From NCBI GenBank assembly GCA_017456895.1, contig JAFTIN010000014.1:22883-86882 (forward strand): a stretch of DNA of 64,000 nucleotides, written 5' to 3'. This document shows, piece after piece, positions 1-8,344 of the stretch. The notes under the pieces are model-generated. The model was not told where the DNA came from and did no database searches. It was given only the letters and a program-made list of their open reading frames with translations. This stretch comes from Clostridia bacterium (GTDB taxonomy: Bacteria > Bacillota > Clostridia > Oscillospirales > CAG-272). A program made the position numbers and the translations under genes. Position 1 is the first letter of the stretch. Every line of letters begins with the position of its first letter.

Positions 1-1829
1 ACAATATTCTCCGTGGTAATACCGCGTACGTCAAGCACGTCTACGAGGCGCTGGACAACTACATCGCCTTAAGAGACATCAACAAGCTGCTCGGCAGTCT
101 TGACTCAGATAAGCTCGCGGTCCTGAACTTTGCTTACACTTCGTGTAAGAATTACGCAAATTACCTGGATATCATCAACAAGCTGCTCGAGATCAGGATC
201 TATCACGAGGTCATCAGATACGAGGAGGAGTGCAAGGACGACTTAGCCAAGCTTGTGGACTACCACAACATCACCTCCAAGATCTATAAGCTCAAGGAGC
301 AGCAGCTCTCGGTCGCGTACGAGCTGTGCGCGGGTAAGAACAGCCGTGTCTATGACGAGCTGTACGAGAACTCCAAGGACAACAAGGACTATCTGTACCA
401 GATATCCAAGAAGTCCAAGTACTGGCCTATCAGAAGAACTATGGAGGTCTACTCCAAGTTTATACTCACTCTCTTCCCCTGCTGGCTGTTGTCACCGGAG
501 AACGTATCCAACCTTCTGCCCCTGACAAAGAACCTCTTCGACGTAGTTATCTTTGACGAGGCGTCGCAGGTATTTATCGAGAGCACAATACCTACCATCT
601 ACCGCGGTAAGTCCATCGTCGTCGCGGGAGATGACAAGCAGCTCCGTCCCTCCGCAACCTTTATGAAGCGTTATCTCGGCGCAGATCCCGACACTATCGA
701 CGACTACTCGGTACAGGCGGCGCTCGAGGTAGACAGTCTTCTCGACCTTGCGGTATCGAGATACGAGAGCTCCAACCTCACCTATCACTACCGTTCAAAA
801 CACCAGGAGCTTATCGACTTCTCCAACTATGCCTTCTATAACGGTGCCCTGCAGGTATCCCCCAACATATCCAAGAACCGCGACAGCCGTCCTATTGAGA
901 GATACAAGGTGCGCGGCAGGTGGATAGACCGCAAGAATACCGAGGAGGCAAAGGAGATAGTAGAGATACTGAAGCACATCTTCGCCACGAGGAAGAACGA
1001 GGAGACTATCGGTATCATAACCTTCAACAGCGACCAACAGAGTCATATCGCCGACGTCATCGACAAGGCCGCCGCAAAGGATCCCGAGTTCCGCTCGAAT
1101 ATCCTGAAGGAGACTCACAGAGTCGAGAACGGAGAGGACACGAGCCTCTTTATCAAGAATCTCGAGAACGTACAGGGTGACGAGAGAGATATTATCATCT
1201 TCTCTATCGGATACGCACCCAATGAGGCAGGAAAGCTGTATACCAATTTCGGCTCCCTCTCACAGGAGGGCGGCGAGAACCGTCTTAACGTTGCGATAAC
1301 GAGAGCAAAGTCCAAGATAATCATAGTAGCGAGTATAGAGCCCGAGGAGCTCAAGGTCGACAACTCTAAGAACATCGGCCCGAGGCTCTTGCAGAAGTAC
1401 CTTATGTTCACCAGGGCGGTGTCAAGAGCCGATGATGAGGAGGCGGCAGTTATCCTCTCCGAGCTCAAAGCCCCCGAGGCAAAGCCCGAGGCTATGTTCA
1501 CCAACGTAGCGGCGGTAGAGGTGCAGATGAAGGAGAGGCTCGAAAAGCTCGGCTACAAGGTAGACACCGGCCTCGGCAACGAGAACAATCGCATCTCCCT
1601 TGCTATCTATGATGCCGAGACGGATAAGTATCTCGTGGGTGTAGAGCTGGATACCGACGCCTTCAAGGAGTCCTCGTCCTGTCTTGAAAGAGACGTATAT
1701 AAGCCGAGATTCCTCGAGGCACGCGGCTGGACTCTCGTCAGAGTCTGGTGCCGTGACTGGTGGCTGTACCCGAACAAGGTAATCAAGAACATCACTACCC
1801 TCGCAGAGAAAAACAAAAAGAGTAAATAA
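1..1829 (+). CDS. Superfamily-1 (Upf1/DNA2-like) helicase, C-terminal part, fused to a DUF559/Vsr-like restriction-endonuclease-fold domain; 5' end lies outside the window
   Basis: The frame starting at nt 3 is open from the window edge, and the GTG at 255 is internal to it. Helicase motifs are present: VIFDEASQV (II), VVAGDDKQLRPS (III), LTYHYRS, VQGDERDIIIFS (V) and LNVAITRAK (VI). The C-terminus (GVELDTDAF...RDVYKPRFLEARGWTLVRVWCRDWW) is typical of DUF559/MTES_1575-type nuclease domains. Confidence 0.85.
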   Translation, partial: NILRGNTAYVKHVYEALDNYIALRDINKLLGSLDSDKLAVLNFAYTSCKNYANYLDIINKLLEIRIYHEVIRYEEECKDDLAKLVDYHNITSKIYKLKEQQLSVAYELCAGKNSRVYDELYENSKDNKDYLYQISKKSKYWPIRRTMEVYSKFILTLFPCWLLSPENVSNLLPLTKNLFDVVIFDEASQVFIESTIPTIYRGKSIVVAGDDKQLRPSATFMKRYLGADPDTIDDYSVQAALEVDSLLDLAVSRYESSNLTYHYRSKHQELIDFSNYAFYNGALQVSPNISKNRDSRPIERYKVRGRWIDRKNTEEAKEIVEILKHIFATRKNEETIGIITFNSDQQSHIADVIDKAAAKDPEFRSNILKETHRVENGEDTSLFIKNLENVQGDERDIIIFSIGYAPNEAGKLYTNFGSLSQEGGENRLNVAITRAKSKIIIVASIEPEELKVDNSKNIGPRLLQKYLMFTRAVSRADDEEAAVILSELKAPEAKPEAMFTNVAAVEVQMKERLEKLGYKVDTGLGNENNRISLAIYDAETDKYLVGVELDTDAFKESSSCLERDVYKPRFLEARGWTLVRVWCRDWWLYPNKVIKNITTLAEKNKKSK

Positions 1830-1835
1830 CAAACA

Positions 1836-1879
1836 AGCGCCGAGGCGGTCTACCCTGCCCCGGCGCTCTTTATTATTTG
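1836..1879 (+). terminator. Intrinsic terminator downstream of the helicase gene
   Basis: The stem agcgccg/cggcgct has an extra GG/CC extension. It is followed by ctttattatttg. Confidence 0.6.
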
Positions 1880-2026
1880 TTGTAAGGACGAAAACACCCC
1901 GAGAGCCAAAGCCCCGGGGTTCATCTTTTATGGATTAATTTGGGTTGCGGTAAAGATTTAATTCCACCGTTATAGCTTGTAAGCAGGTCGCCCCACTCGG
2001 AGTCGGTGTATGAGTAGGTGTTTCAT

Positions 2027-2054
2027 CCGAGAGCCCGAAAAATCGGGCTCTCGG
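2027..2054. other. Perfect 12-bp GC-rich hairpin (ccgagagcccga-aaaa-tcgggctctcgg) with no U-tract on either strand
   Basis: Read directly from the sequence. It sits at the switch from host-like composition to the AT-rich islet. Confidence 0.6.
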
Positions 2055-2087
2055 AATCATAAGCAAGGAAAATACGATTCGAGTTTA

Positions 2088-2459
2088 TTAAAGAAAACAG
2101 ATTATGAATAAAACTAATGAAAGCGGAATGAGTAGCGAGGATACGTTTAAGAAAGTATCCATTGCTTTGGATATTCGCTTTTTTTCAGGTTCCTCTTTAT
2201 CCAAGCCTATTCCTTTATCTTTTCTGGGGATATGCGTAATTCTAATAAAGTAATGAGCATTTGGAAAGAGCCTGTTAAATGCGTACATAAACAAAAGCAA
2301 GCATGATATCGCGGATAAAATCAATGGTAGATAATAGAGAGACGTCCTCGAGGGGTCAATAAACGCATCACTCAATATAGCTATCAGTGCAGATATGATT
2401 ATAAAAAGTGGATATGCCTTTTCATAAATTAAACGATATTTAGCCAATAATTTTCTCAT
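2088..2459 (-). CDS. Small hypothetical membrane protein (about 3 TM segments), AT-rich gene
   Basis: The ORF has hydrophobic segments (PLFIIISALIAIL, LPLILSAISCLLLFMYAF, LLIPLSLVLFIICFL). The ATG at 2459 is preceded by aaaggg; the GTG at 2468 in the track sits inside that putative SD. I recognise no family. Confidence 0.5.
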   Translation of the reverse strand: MRKLLAKYRLIYEKAYPLFIIISALIAILSDAFIDPSRTSLYYLPLILSAISCLLLFMYAFNRLFPNAHYFIRITHIPRKDKGIGLDKEEPEKKRISKAMDTFLNVSSLLIPLSLVLFIICFL

Positions 2460-2505
2460 TCTACACACCCTTTAATGTAATGATATTTGAAACGACAAAT
2501 GTGAA

Positions 2506-2543
2506 AAATAAAACTAATGAAAGTGAAATGAGTAACGAGGATA
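2506..2543 (-). pseudogene. Remnant of the 3' end of a paralog of the 2088..2459 gene
   Basis: The 37-38 nt at 2506-2543 match 2106-2143 with 3 mismatches, exactly 400 bp apart. On the minus strand they encode SSLLISLSLVLFF versus SSLLIPLSLVLFI. A TGA immediately upstream closes the frame. Confidence 0.6.
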
Positions 2544-2616
2544 ATCAGAAATATAGATTATCGTTTCAAGCTTTTCTCTTGTGCTACTATTTTCTATGCA
2601 ATAATACGTGACGTTG

Positions 2617-3201
2617 TCAACTCAAAATATTAGAAATTTCGTTAAGTATTAAGGGCAGGTTTCGTTCTTTATGATCTTTTATGCATTCAGAATAATCCTC
2701 TTCGCATCTGCCATACACTTCCATAAATCTATTCACCTTTTCCGGGTTTCCGCCCAATATACCAATACCGCCGTCAAAGCACTCGGTTATCTGCAATATC
2801 CAGTCAAGCGAGTCGGAAAACATAAGCGATTTTGACCAAAAGTAATACATATTGAAGTCACTGTGTCCGTTTGCCCGAAATTCTTCTATATTTTTCTCAT
2901 ACTCGTCGTATACGCGCTCGTAATCATCATAACTCGAAATTTCAAATATGCAGTTCCCGGTGCTGAAAATTTGATTTATTTCCTCGAGTTGCATCACGTA
3001 GTAGCTTTTTTCATTTATAGCTCTCGTGAGTGCGAGAAATTGCTCTTTGCTAAGATGTATGTCATCCGTAGGGTAAATCAAGCACTTTTTGCTGTCTTTT
3101 TTAAAACCGGCGAAAAGTGAATCCTTGTTTTCATTAGATGAAAGGATCTCCTTGATTTTTGTCACCAAATCTTCTGTTAATACTTTTTTCTCCATATCCA
3201 C
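2617..3201 (-). CDS. Hypothetical cytoplasmic protein (194 aa), AT-rich gene, no family recognised
   Basis: The ORF has a good SD (gaggtgg, then 3 nt, then ATG). It has no TM segment or signal peptide and is acidic and aromatic-rich. Confidence 0.55.
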   Translation of the reverse strand: MDMEKKVLTEDLVTKIKEILSSNENKDSLFAGFKKDSKKCLIYPTDDIHLSKEQFLALTRAINEKSYYVMQLEEINQIFSTGNCIFEISSYDDYERVYDEYEKNIEEFRANGHSDFNMYYFWSKSLMFSDSLDWILQITECFDGGIGILGGNPEKVNRFMEVYGRCEEDYSECIKDHKERNLPLILNEISNILS

Positions 3202-3250
3202 CTCTAAAACTTGAATAAAAATTGTTTATTTAGCTCTTAACAACGCGATA

Positions 3251-4879
3251 TTAGGTAAGGAAGGCCAAGGAGTTGGTCGTCATATAGTACTTTGCGTCGT
3301 TGCAGTAGATGCTGCGCTTCTCGAAGCCTCGGTAAGGGATAAGCTCCTCCTCGAGCTCGGGAATGGAGTCAAGCTTGCCATCTACATAGTTGAGGATACG
3401 CCTGCGGCAGGACTCCGTCCTCTGAATTATTGCGCCGAGGCGAATGTCCTGGACGTCGAAGCCACAGGGCTTGTTCTCACGGAACCACTGCTCCTCAAAG
3501 GCACGGGCATAGGCTCTGATAAGCTTTGCGGCCTCCGGATAATCCTGCTCTGCGAGGCGGCGGAGCTCTGCCTTATCGCCCTTTTTATATGCCTCACGAG
3601 TCTTTAGGCCGAGCTCAAACTTGACCGCGAGGGCATCGGAGAGCCTTGCGGCGCTCTTGAAGAGGTAGCCGTACTTACGCGATGAAGACGCGACCTTATA
3701 CAGCTTCTCGGCGAGGGCGCGATACTTCTCACCCTCCCCTCCCCTGACGGTAACGTCGAGGAAGCCGTTGAAGTAGTCGGAGAAGAGCATATACTTTGAG
3801 GGATTGACAGGTCCTGCGTACTCTCTCGAGGTACCGTCGATATCGTTGGGCGCGTCGAGGAGGATGAAGTCGTCATAGGAGATGCCTGTGAGCCTCTTAA
3901 ACTTGGACTTGATCAGTTCCATATCCTCGTTACCCTTGGCAAACTCGGAGATAGCGAAGAGGGACGGGAGCATAGCCACCTTGGAGCACTCTGCACCGTC
4001 GTCACCCCACATGGTGATAAAGACGTTTTTAACCTTGTTCTTTATAGCCGAGCGGATCGCGGGCCCCATGGTCAAGAGGCTGTAGTCGTTGTGAGGCATA
4101 AATCCGCCCCAGCTCCAGGCTCCTCCGGCAAACCAGGTGTTCTTTGACATCTGCTTATGAATGTCAAAGTGGATATCGTAGTCTCTCTCGTTGTGGTGGT
4201 AGTAGTCCCAATATACGGGAATAACATCTTCGGGAATGGCGTCGATGATCTCCTTCGGCACCTTCTTAAACTCGTTGGTGTAATACCCTCCGCCGTTGAA
4301 TGCGCGAAGATACATATCCGACCAGAGCATAACGTCCTCGTAGCCATGTTTTTTTGCTATCTCGGCGACTCTTGCAAGATGTCTTTTCATTATCTCGCCT
4401 ATAGGCTCGTAGCCGTGAATGTCAAGGTGCTTTCCTCTGCCGAGCATATACGCCTCGTCCATGCCTACGTGTATTTTGCGAGTCTTAAAGCACTTTGACA
4501 ATGAAGCGAACATGTGGTCGATAAGCTCATAGGTCCTATCGTTGTCAACAAGCATAATGTCATCCGTGTCTATCGGCACGTGATTCCAGCGGAGGGTGGC
4601 GTTTACGTGAGCGAGCGCCTGCACGCAAGGTATGACTTCTATACCCGAGGCGGTGGCTATCTCGTCAAGGGCGCGCATCTCCTCCTCGGTATATCTGCCT
4701 CTCATATAGCCAAAGTAGGGCTCACCCTCCACCGCATATGTATCCTCAGCGTAGAGGAAGACACAGTTGTAGCCCATTTTCTTCAAAAGAGGCAGATACC
4801 ACTTATACATATCAAGGTTAATAACAGCGTTTCTCGACACGTCGAGCATTACGCCAAAATACTTAAATTTGTTAGCCAT
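3251..4879 (-). CDS. Glycoside hydrolase family 20 beta-N-acetylhexosaminidase, apparently cytoplasmic
   Basis: The sequence has GVMLDVSRN and the GH20 catalytic motif HVGMDEA. No signal peptide is present. The ATG at 4879 follows gcgagg by 5 nt; the GTG at 4885 in the track lies inside the SD. Confidence 0.8.
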   Translation of the reverse strand: MANKFKYFGVMLDVSRNAVINLDMYKWYLPLLKKMGYNCVFLYAEDTYAVEGEPYFGYMRGRYTEEEMRALDEIATASGIEVIPCVQALAHVNATLRWNHVPIDTDDIMLVDNDRTYELIDHMFASLSKCFKTRKIHVGMDEAYMLGRGKHLDIHGYEPIGEIMKRHLARVAEIAKKHGYEDVMLWSDMYLRAFNGGGYYTNEFKKVPKEIIDAIPEDVIPVYWDYYHHNERDYDIHFDIHKQMSKNTWFAGGAWSWGGFMPHNDYSLLTMGPAIRSAIKNKVKNVFITMWGDDGAECSKVAMLPSLFAISEFAKGNEDMELIKSKFKRLTGISYDDFILLDAPNDIDGTSREYAGPVNPSKYMLFSDYFNGFLDVTVRGGEGEKYRALAEKLYKVASSSRKYGYLFKSAARLSDALAVKFELGLKTREAYKKGDKAELRRLAEQDYPEAAKLIRAYARAFEEQWFRENKPCGFDVQDIRLGAIIQRTESCRRRILNYVDGKLDSIPELEEELIPYRGFEKRSIYCNDAKYYMTTNSLAFLT

Positions 4880-5000
4880 AAGCACCTCGCAAAATATATT
4901 TTACCAATTTCATTTTATCAAAGATCACGGCTATATGTCAAGGGTGAACGTCGCTTTTTATTCACAATTAATTTCTTCACTACTTTTTTCCGCTTTATTC

Positions 5001-5029
5001 TTGAATTATTAACAAATATGGTGTATAAT
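5001..5029 (+). promoter_or_regulatory. SigA-type promoter for yajC
   Basis: TTGAAT, 17-nt spacer, TATAAT. Confidence 0.55.
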
Positions 5030-5068
5030 AGGAGAAGTGAATAAAAAATAAGAAAGGTAGAACAAGAT

Positions 5069-5452
5069 ATGTTTAACTTTTTACTTGAAGGCGAAGCTAC
5101 AGGAGGCGGCTGGATCACTATCGTGATGTTCGCAGGCCTTATGGTGCTTATGTACTTCTTTATGATCCGCCCCCAGAAGAAGCAGGAGAAGAAGGACGCG
5201 GCTATGAGAGACGCTCTCGCTGTAGGCGATGAGGTAACCACCATCGGCGGTATCATCGGCAAGGTCGTTTCCATCAAGGAGGAGACCTTCGTGCTCGAGA
5301 CCACCAAGGACAGAACCAAGATCCGTTTCCTCAAGGGAGCAATCAGAAGCGTTGACGTTAAGATCGCTGACGTTGCGGCTGCTCAGGCTGCTGAAAAGGC
5401 CGAGAAGGAAGCCGAGAAGACCGAGGCTACCGAGACCACCGAGGAAAAGTAA
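5069..5452 (+). CDS. yajC: Preprotein translocase subunit YajC
   Basis: An N-terminal TM segment is followed by MIRPQKKQEKK...GDEVTTIGGIIGKVVSIKE, which is characteristic of YajC. Confidence 0.9.
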   Translation: MFNFLLEGEATGGGWITIVMFAGLMVLMYFFMIRPQKKQEKKDAAMRDALAVGDEVTTIGGIIGKVVSIKEETFVLETTKDRTKIRFLKGAIRSVDVKIADVAAAQAAEKAEKEAEKTEATETTEEK

Positions 5453-5463
5453 TTTATCTATAA

Positions 5464-5495
5464 AACGCTCATCTTAAGATGGGCGTTTTTATTTT
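5464..5495 (+). terminator. Intrinsic terminator after yajC
   Basis: aacgctcatc-ttaa-gatgggcgtt followed by tttttatttt. Confidence 0.7.
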
Positions 5496-5567
5496 CCGAT
5501 TTAATAGCAAGGGCATATTTTCACTCTCATGTGAGTATATTTTAACAGTAAGTATACGGAGGGTAAT

Positions 5568-5972
5568 ATGAAGAAATACAAGAAAAAAGAAATCGGACTG
5601 ACTGTCCTTCTGCTGATCGGCGCAGGTATATCGATCGCCTCGGTAGCGGCGGTGGCTTTTATTTTAGCGGTAGTATCATCGTTCACAGGGGATCCGACCG
5701 CGCTGACGGGCGCGTTTTCTCTGCTCACCCTGGTGATGGCGGGGGCTGTCTCCGGCTTTATCACATCGAGAGTTAACAAAGACGGCGGTGTGCCGGTCGG
5801 TATACTCTCTGCGGTCATATCTACCTCGTTGATGCTGCTTATCGGACTGATAATAAAGGGTGGACTCCTGCCCCTCGGAGCGATACTGAACCTACTCGTC
5901 TTTCTCGCGGTGTCGATCATCTTCAGTCTGGTCGGCAAGAAAAGAGAAAAGCACAGAAGAAGATCGTACTGA
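5568..5972 (+). CDS. Small 4-TM membrane protein, possibly of the TIGR04086/YrzE-like family
   Basis: The SD is ggaggg. The protein has four hydrophobic helices and a basic C-terminal tail. Its position next to yajC is as in Bacillus. The family assignment is from memory only. Confidence 0.45.
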   Translation: MKKYKKKEIGLTVLLLIGAGISIASVAAVAFILAVVSSFTGDPTALTGAFSLLTLVMAGAVSGFITSRVNKDGGVPVGILSAVISTSLMLLIGLIIKGGLLPLGAILNLLVFLAVSIIFSLVGKKREKHRRRSY

Positions 5973-6040
5973 TCAAAAATGCACTTCTCTTTGCGTTTTT
6001 CTCTTAAAGTTATTAGGATATATATATCTTAGTTCTTACA

Positions 6041-6100
6041 AAAAACAAAAAAGCAAGAATCGGTTTTTAACGCGGATAGCGCACCGATTCTTGCTTTTTT
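6041..6100. terminator. Bidirectional intrinsic terminator between the 5568..5972 gene and pdxK
   Basis: An 11-bp stem (gcaagaatcgg/ccgattcttgc) is flanked by an A-run upstream and a T-run downstream. Confidence 0.7.
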
Positions 6101-6112
6101 GACTATTTATGT

Positions 6113-6943
6113 TTACTTATTTAGCCTTTCTATGTAGTAAGGTAAGGCTTCCTCAAAATTGACACCATAGAAACGGTGGTTAGGATCCTCAAGAGTCTTC
6201 TTCATAGACAGGAGTGTAAAGTCAACGGCTATCGAGAGTGCCTCGGGAACTGTGAAGCCGCGCATCATTGCGCCTACCGTAGCGGAAGCGTAGACGTCAC
6301 CGGTACCGTGGAAGGAGGCGGGAACGTACTCATTACAGTAATAGAAATACTCGCCACTCTCTCCGTTATAATAGTAAATACCTATCTCGCCCTCTTTAAA
6401 AGAAATGCCTGTAAGGGCGGCGCTCTTTGAGCCGAGGTCACAAAGGCGTCTAAGAATGTCCTTTATGTATTCCTCGTCGTAGTCGGGGTTATAGGGTACG
6501 CCGAGCATGAATGCAGCCTCTGTGAGATTGGGGATAACGAGATCCGCCTTGGCGCAGAGCTTTGCCATAGCGGCCGCAAACTCGAGAGTAAAGCCCTTAT
6601 AGAGCTTGCCGTTATCGGCCATAACGGGATCAATAATGACCTCCGCCTTATCGCCAAAGCGGTCGATGAAATCCTCAACGAGAGAAAGCTGCTCAAAGGA
6701 GCCGAGATAACCGGTATAGATAGCGTCAAAGCCAATGTCGAGATCCTCAAAGGTGTCAGAGATCTTCTGTATCTCATCGGTGAGATCGCAGAAGGTGAAC
6801 TTGGGAAAGGCCGTGTGTGTAGAGAGGACGGCGGTGGGGATCACTCCCGCCTCTACCCCTGCCGCGGAAATGATGGGCAGAGCTACCGTGAGCGAACACT
6901 TTCCAACACAGGAAATGTCCTGGATCGTAATGATTCTTTTCAT
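6113..6943 (-). CDS. pdxK: Pyridoxal/pyridoxamine kinase (PdxK/PdxY family)
   Basis: QDISCVGKCSLTVALPIISAAGVEAGVIPTAVLSTHT and the C-terminal HGTGDVYASA are typical of this family. The ATG at 6943 has a ggag SD 6 nt upstream; the ATG at 6955 in the track has none. Confidence 0.85.
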   Translation of the reverse strand: MKRIITIQDISCVGKCSLTVALPIISAAGVEAGVIPTAVLSTHTAFPKFTFCDLTDEIQKISDTFEDLDIGFDAIYTGYLGSFEQLSLVEDFIDRFGDKAEVIIDPVMADNGKLYKGFTLEFAAAMAKLCAKADLVIPNLTEAAFMLGVPYNPDYDEEYIKDILRRLCDLGSKSAALTGISFKEGEIGIYYYNGESGEYFYYCNEYVPASFHGTGDVYASATVGAMMRGFTVPEALSIAVDFTLLSMKKTLEDPNHRFYGVNFEEALPYYIERLNK

Positions 6944-7042
6944 ATTTTTCTCCATAGCCGCGCTTTGATTTTTTTTGCTGTGCGCGGCAAATCATATTTT
7001 ACAACAGTATTATACTCACAAAGGTATAAAATGTCAATAGTG

Positions 7043-7092
7043 TTTTTTACTCCTCGAGAGAAATTTCTGTTTTACTCCTCGAGAGAAATTTC
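7043..7092. repeat. Tandem duplication (period 25 bp) of the last 23 nt of murA including its stop codon
   Basis: ttttactcctcgagagaaatttc occurs at 7045-7067 and again at 7070-7092. Confidence 0.9.
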
Positions 7093-8295
7093 CGCGCCGA
7101 GTGTGGATAGCTTCTCGGTGAGAGAGTCGTAGCCGCGCAGGACAAGCTCGCCGGAGTCGATGATGCTCTCACCATCTGCGCACAGTCCGAGCAACACGGC
7201 AGCCATACCGCCTCTCAGATCTGTAGCTCGAGCTCTGCCCGGGATAGTAAGACTCGGAAAAATGCGGGCGACGTTCCCTTCTCTCCTATACGACAGCCCA
7301 AGTCTCGCAAGCTCATCAAGGTATCCAAACCGCGAGGGCCAGACCTGCTCCTTGATGGTGCCGCCCGACGACACCGCGAGGACGGTCGCGAGTATGGGCT
7401 GGAGATCTGTAGCAAAGCCGGGATAGGCGGCAGTAGCGACTGATATCTCGCGCCGAGCCCTGCCGATGAGGGAGATTGCCCCATCTGTGAGGTCCTCTAT
7501 CACTCCGGCCCTGACAAGAGGCGAGGCGAAGGCGGAAAGCTCGCTTATCTCAAACCCCGAGACACTAACCCTTCCATCTGTAAGAATCGAAGCCGCAAGA
7601 AAGCTGCCCGCCTCGATCATATCGCCGGGAATGACTGCGGTTCCGCCGTGAAGCTTACCGCCCTCCACCGTAATGACGTCCCCCTGACGTCTTATCCCTG
7701 CGCCGGCGCTCTTGAGATATGAGATCAAGGAGAGAACATGCGGCTCTCTTGCAGCGCCTCTGATCGTCGTCCTGCCCTTGGCGCCTGCAGCCATAATCAG
7801 AGCATTGACCGTGGCGCCAACAGAGGGGAGTCTCAAGTTTATCTCGGCTCCGGCAAGATCCTCTGCAATAATGGTGTTTCCGTCGATCACGGCGCCAAGC
7901 TTTCTTGCCGCATCAAGGTGAATATCTATTGGGCGTACGGAAAATGCACAGCCGCCAAATGGCATAAGCTCTGCCCTGCCGAATCTTGAAAGACAGGCTC
8001 CGATGAGATATGTAGAGGCACGAATACGACGCACTCTATCAACGCTCGGCGTGACGTAACCTATGCTTCGGCTGTCGATAATAGTAGATCCGCCCTGAAA
8101 TGTGATCTTTGCTCCGTATTCCTCGACGATGGAGAGAGCATCTCTGACATCCGAGATGTCAGGCAGGTTATAGAGCCTTGAGACTCCGTCGGTCGCGAGA
8201 GTGGAAAATATAATAGGCAGAGCGGCGTTCTTTGATCCGCTGACACGGATGCTGCCGTGAAGCGCTTTGCCCCCCTTTATAATAAATCTGCTCAT
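7072..8295 (-). CDS. murA: UDP-N-acetylglucosamine 1-carboxyvinyltransferase
   Basis: The N-terminus reads IKGGKALHGSIRVSGSKNAALPII. The active-site region reads GGCAFSVRPIDIHL. The length is 407 aa. Confidence 0.9.
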   Translation of the reverse strand: MSRFIIKGGKALHGSIRVSGSKNAALPIIFSTLATDGVSRLYNLPDISDVRDALSIVEEYGAKITFQGGSTIIDSRSIGYVTPSVDRVRRIRASTYLIGACLSRFGRAELMPFGGCAFSVRPIDIHLDAARKLGAVIDGNTIIAEDLAGAEINLRLPSVGATVNALIMAAGAKGRTTIRGAAREPHVLSLISYLKSAGAGIRRQGDVITVEGGKLHGGTAVIPGDMIEAGSFLAASILTDGRVSVSGFEISELSAFASPLVRAGVIEDLTDGAISLIGRARREISVATAAYPGFATDLQPILATVLAVSSGGTIKEQVWPSRFGYLDELARLGLSYRREGNVARIFPSLTIPGRARATDLRGGMAAVLLGLCADGESIIDSGELVLRGYDSLTEKLSTLGAEISLEE

Positions 8296-8344
8296 AAAAA
8301 ATCCCCCGGGAAAAGATACTACATCTTATTCCCAAGGGGAAAAA

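Noticed and set aside
8300-8340. A hairpin (tcccccgggaa...ttcccaagggga) between the DUF3810 gene and murA, considered as a terminator.
   Set aside because: On the minus strand the T-run after it runs directly into the murA start codon, and no promoter for murA follows. A full terminator is therefore unlikely. It is probably only a weak or partial structure, and the stem is imperfect.
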